Positions 62,951-64,000 of a stretch of 64,000 nt of DNA are shown here, in pieces. The notes below the pieces were generated by a model, which had not been told where the DNA came from, made no database searches, and worked only from the letters and a program-made list of their open reading frames with translations. The stretch is from Marsupella aquatica (lineage: Eukaryota > Plantae > Marchantiophyta): assembly GCA_973895155.1 (NCBI GenBank), contig OZ316893.1:3144490-3208489 (forward strand). Reading direction: 5' to 3'. Each line of letters starts with the position of its first letter. Position 1 is the stretch's first letter. The position numbers were made by a program, and so were the translations under genes.

Positions 62951-64000
62951 TGTGACGCCGCCGGTACGGCGGTTAATGAGTGATTCAGTCTAACTGCGCT
63001 CGGCACGCGCGTTAGGTGGGTCTTAGGCCGCTATTATTAGCATAACGACAGTATTTAGGTAATCATTAGGGGTAGGACATCATTAGGCAATAAGGGGGAC
63101 TTCAGGTTCGGGCTGGCGGCGGGTCGCTATTCGCACACCCGGATTACGAGCGTGGAGGGGCCCCTCCCTCGGGTCCGTATAACGAACTTAAGGAAGCGGC
63201 CACTGACGCACGCTGACTCAGACCGGCGGAGTGGCCGGTACACCACAAGCGTGAGCGGTTCAACCTATGGGCGTCGAGGAGACGTCGGGGATCGACAAGC
63301 CCTCAAAGTATAAAAGGGGAGCCAACCCTTTGTAGTGCACCAGTCCATCAGTCCGCGCGCCAGCTTCGACCCCAGCTCTCTCGTTCTCTCTAGGTCGCCA
63401 CTACTATCTCCTCTGAATGTCGCACATGATCCTCTCCAGCTCGGCCATTCGATTCTGGACGCAGTTCCTATCTACCGGAAGGCACTTGGCCGATTCATTG
63501 AAACACGCCAACCCGCGCCGATACGAGATCGAACGCGAATACGAGAGAGCCATCCGCCTAGCAGGACGACACCACTACGTCCTTAACTTTGACTACCCGT
63601 CTCAGAGCGAGCTTTACCGACCAGCTGAGGTATCTGGGTACTTCTTCAACGGAGACAAATATATCGGGTTCTAGGAAGCATTGCTTCGGCTTCCGGACGA
63701 GGTCTTCAAAATCCCGGGTACAATCGACCTGCAGCGACATCACTTCGACCACATCCCTGCCCAGGTTCGGGCTGTCATTAACGGCGAGTCCAGTACCAAC
63801 CGTTCGACAGGGGCATCCGCACTCGCTTCGGAGAACTTCTACCAGCACCTGCAGAGCTTCATGGGAACTCGACCATCAACCAACATGACCAACTCAGCCG
63901 GACCCGTACCCGTACCCGTGCCCATGCAACCCCAGCCTCAACCTCAGCTTCAGCTTCAGCCTCAGCCTCAGCCTCAGCTTCAGGTACGTTTCTGAACGGG
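62951..64000 (+). mobile_element. Left end of a second TG-terminated coding element related to 7674-11510 (runs off the window)
   Basis: Abrupt AT-rich to GC-rich switch at TGTGAC (62951). TATAAAA at ~63309. The ORF from 63417 is homologous to the N-terminus of the 8750-10959 ORF. Confidence 0.8.
63417..63995 (+). pseudogene. ORF with one internal TAG (63672-63674) encoding the shared novel domain, followed by PV/PQ repeats
   Basis: 63417-63674 and 63681-63995 are in frame (IGF*EALLRLP). FWTxF...P.....ERxY and EAxLxxP...FK..G...L....FDxIP blocks are shared with the other element. Confidence 0.7.

Overview
Eukaryotic nuclear DNA from a land plant, most likely seed-free (bryophyte, lycophyte or fern; inferred from a divergent LAX type and the plastid fragments). 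I could reconstruct four host genes by hand: a 19-exon gene with two tandem SET/Rubisco-LSMT modules and a probable signal peptide (14170-22913 +), a divergent AUX1/LAX permease (31120-36592 -), an intronless DUF579 polysaccharide O-methyltransferase (46209-47141 -) and the CCA-adding tRNA nucleotidyltransferase (50800-56509 -). Between them lie decayed Ty1/copia elements, two copies of a 307-bp hAT-type MITE, Helitron ends, tandem repeats and a mosaic plastid insertion (ndhJ/trnF/psbJ). The most unusual observation is a 3.8-kb TG...CA element (7674-11510) with a clean 5-bp TSD, no internal LTR pair and no gag/pol, carrying one ~740-codon ORF. A second element starting at 62951 has no evident DNA similarity to it but encodes a clearly homologous N-terminal domain. 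Together they suggest a family of protein-coding giant LTRs or integrase-mobilised gene cassettes. All calls come from reading the sequence by eye; no database searches were run.
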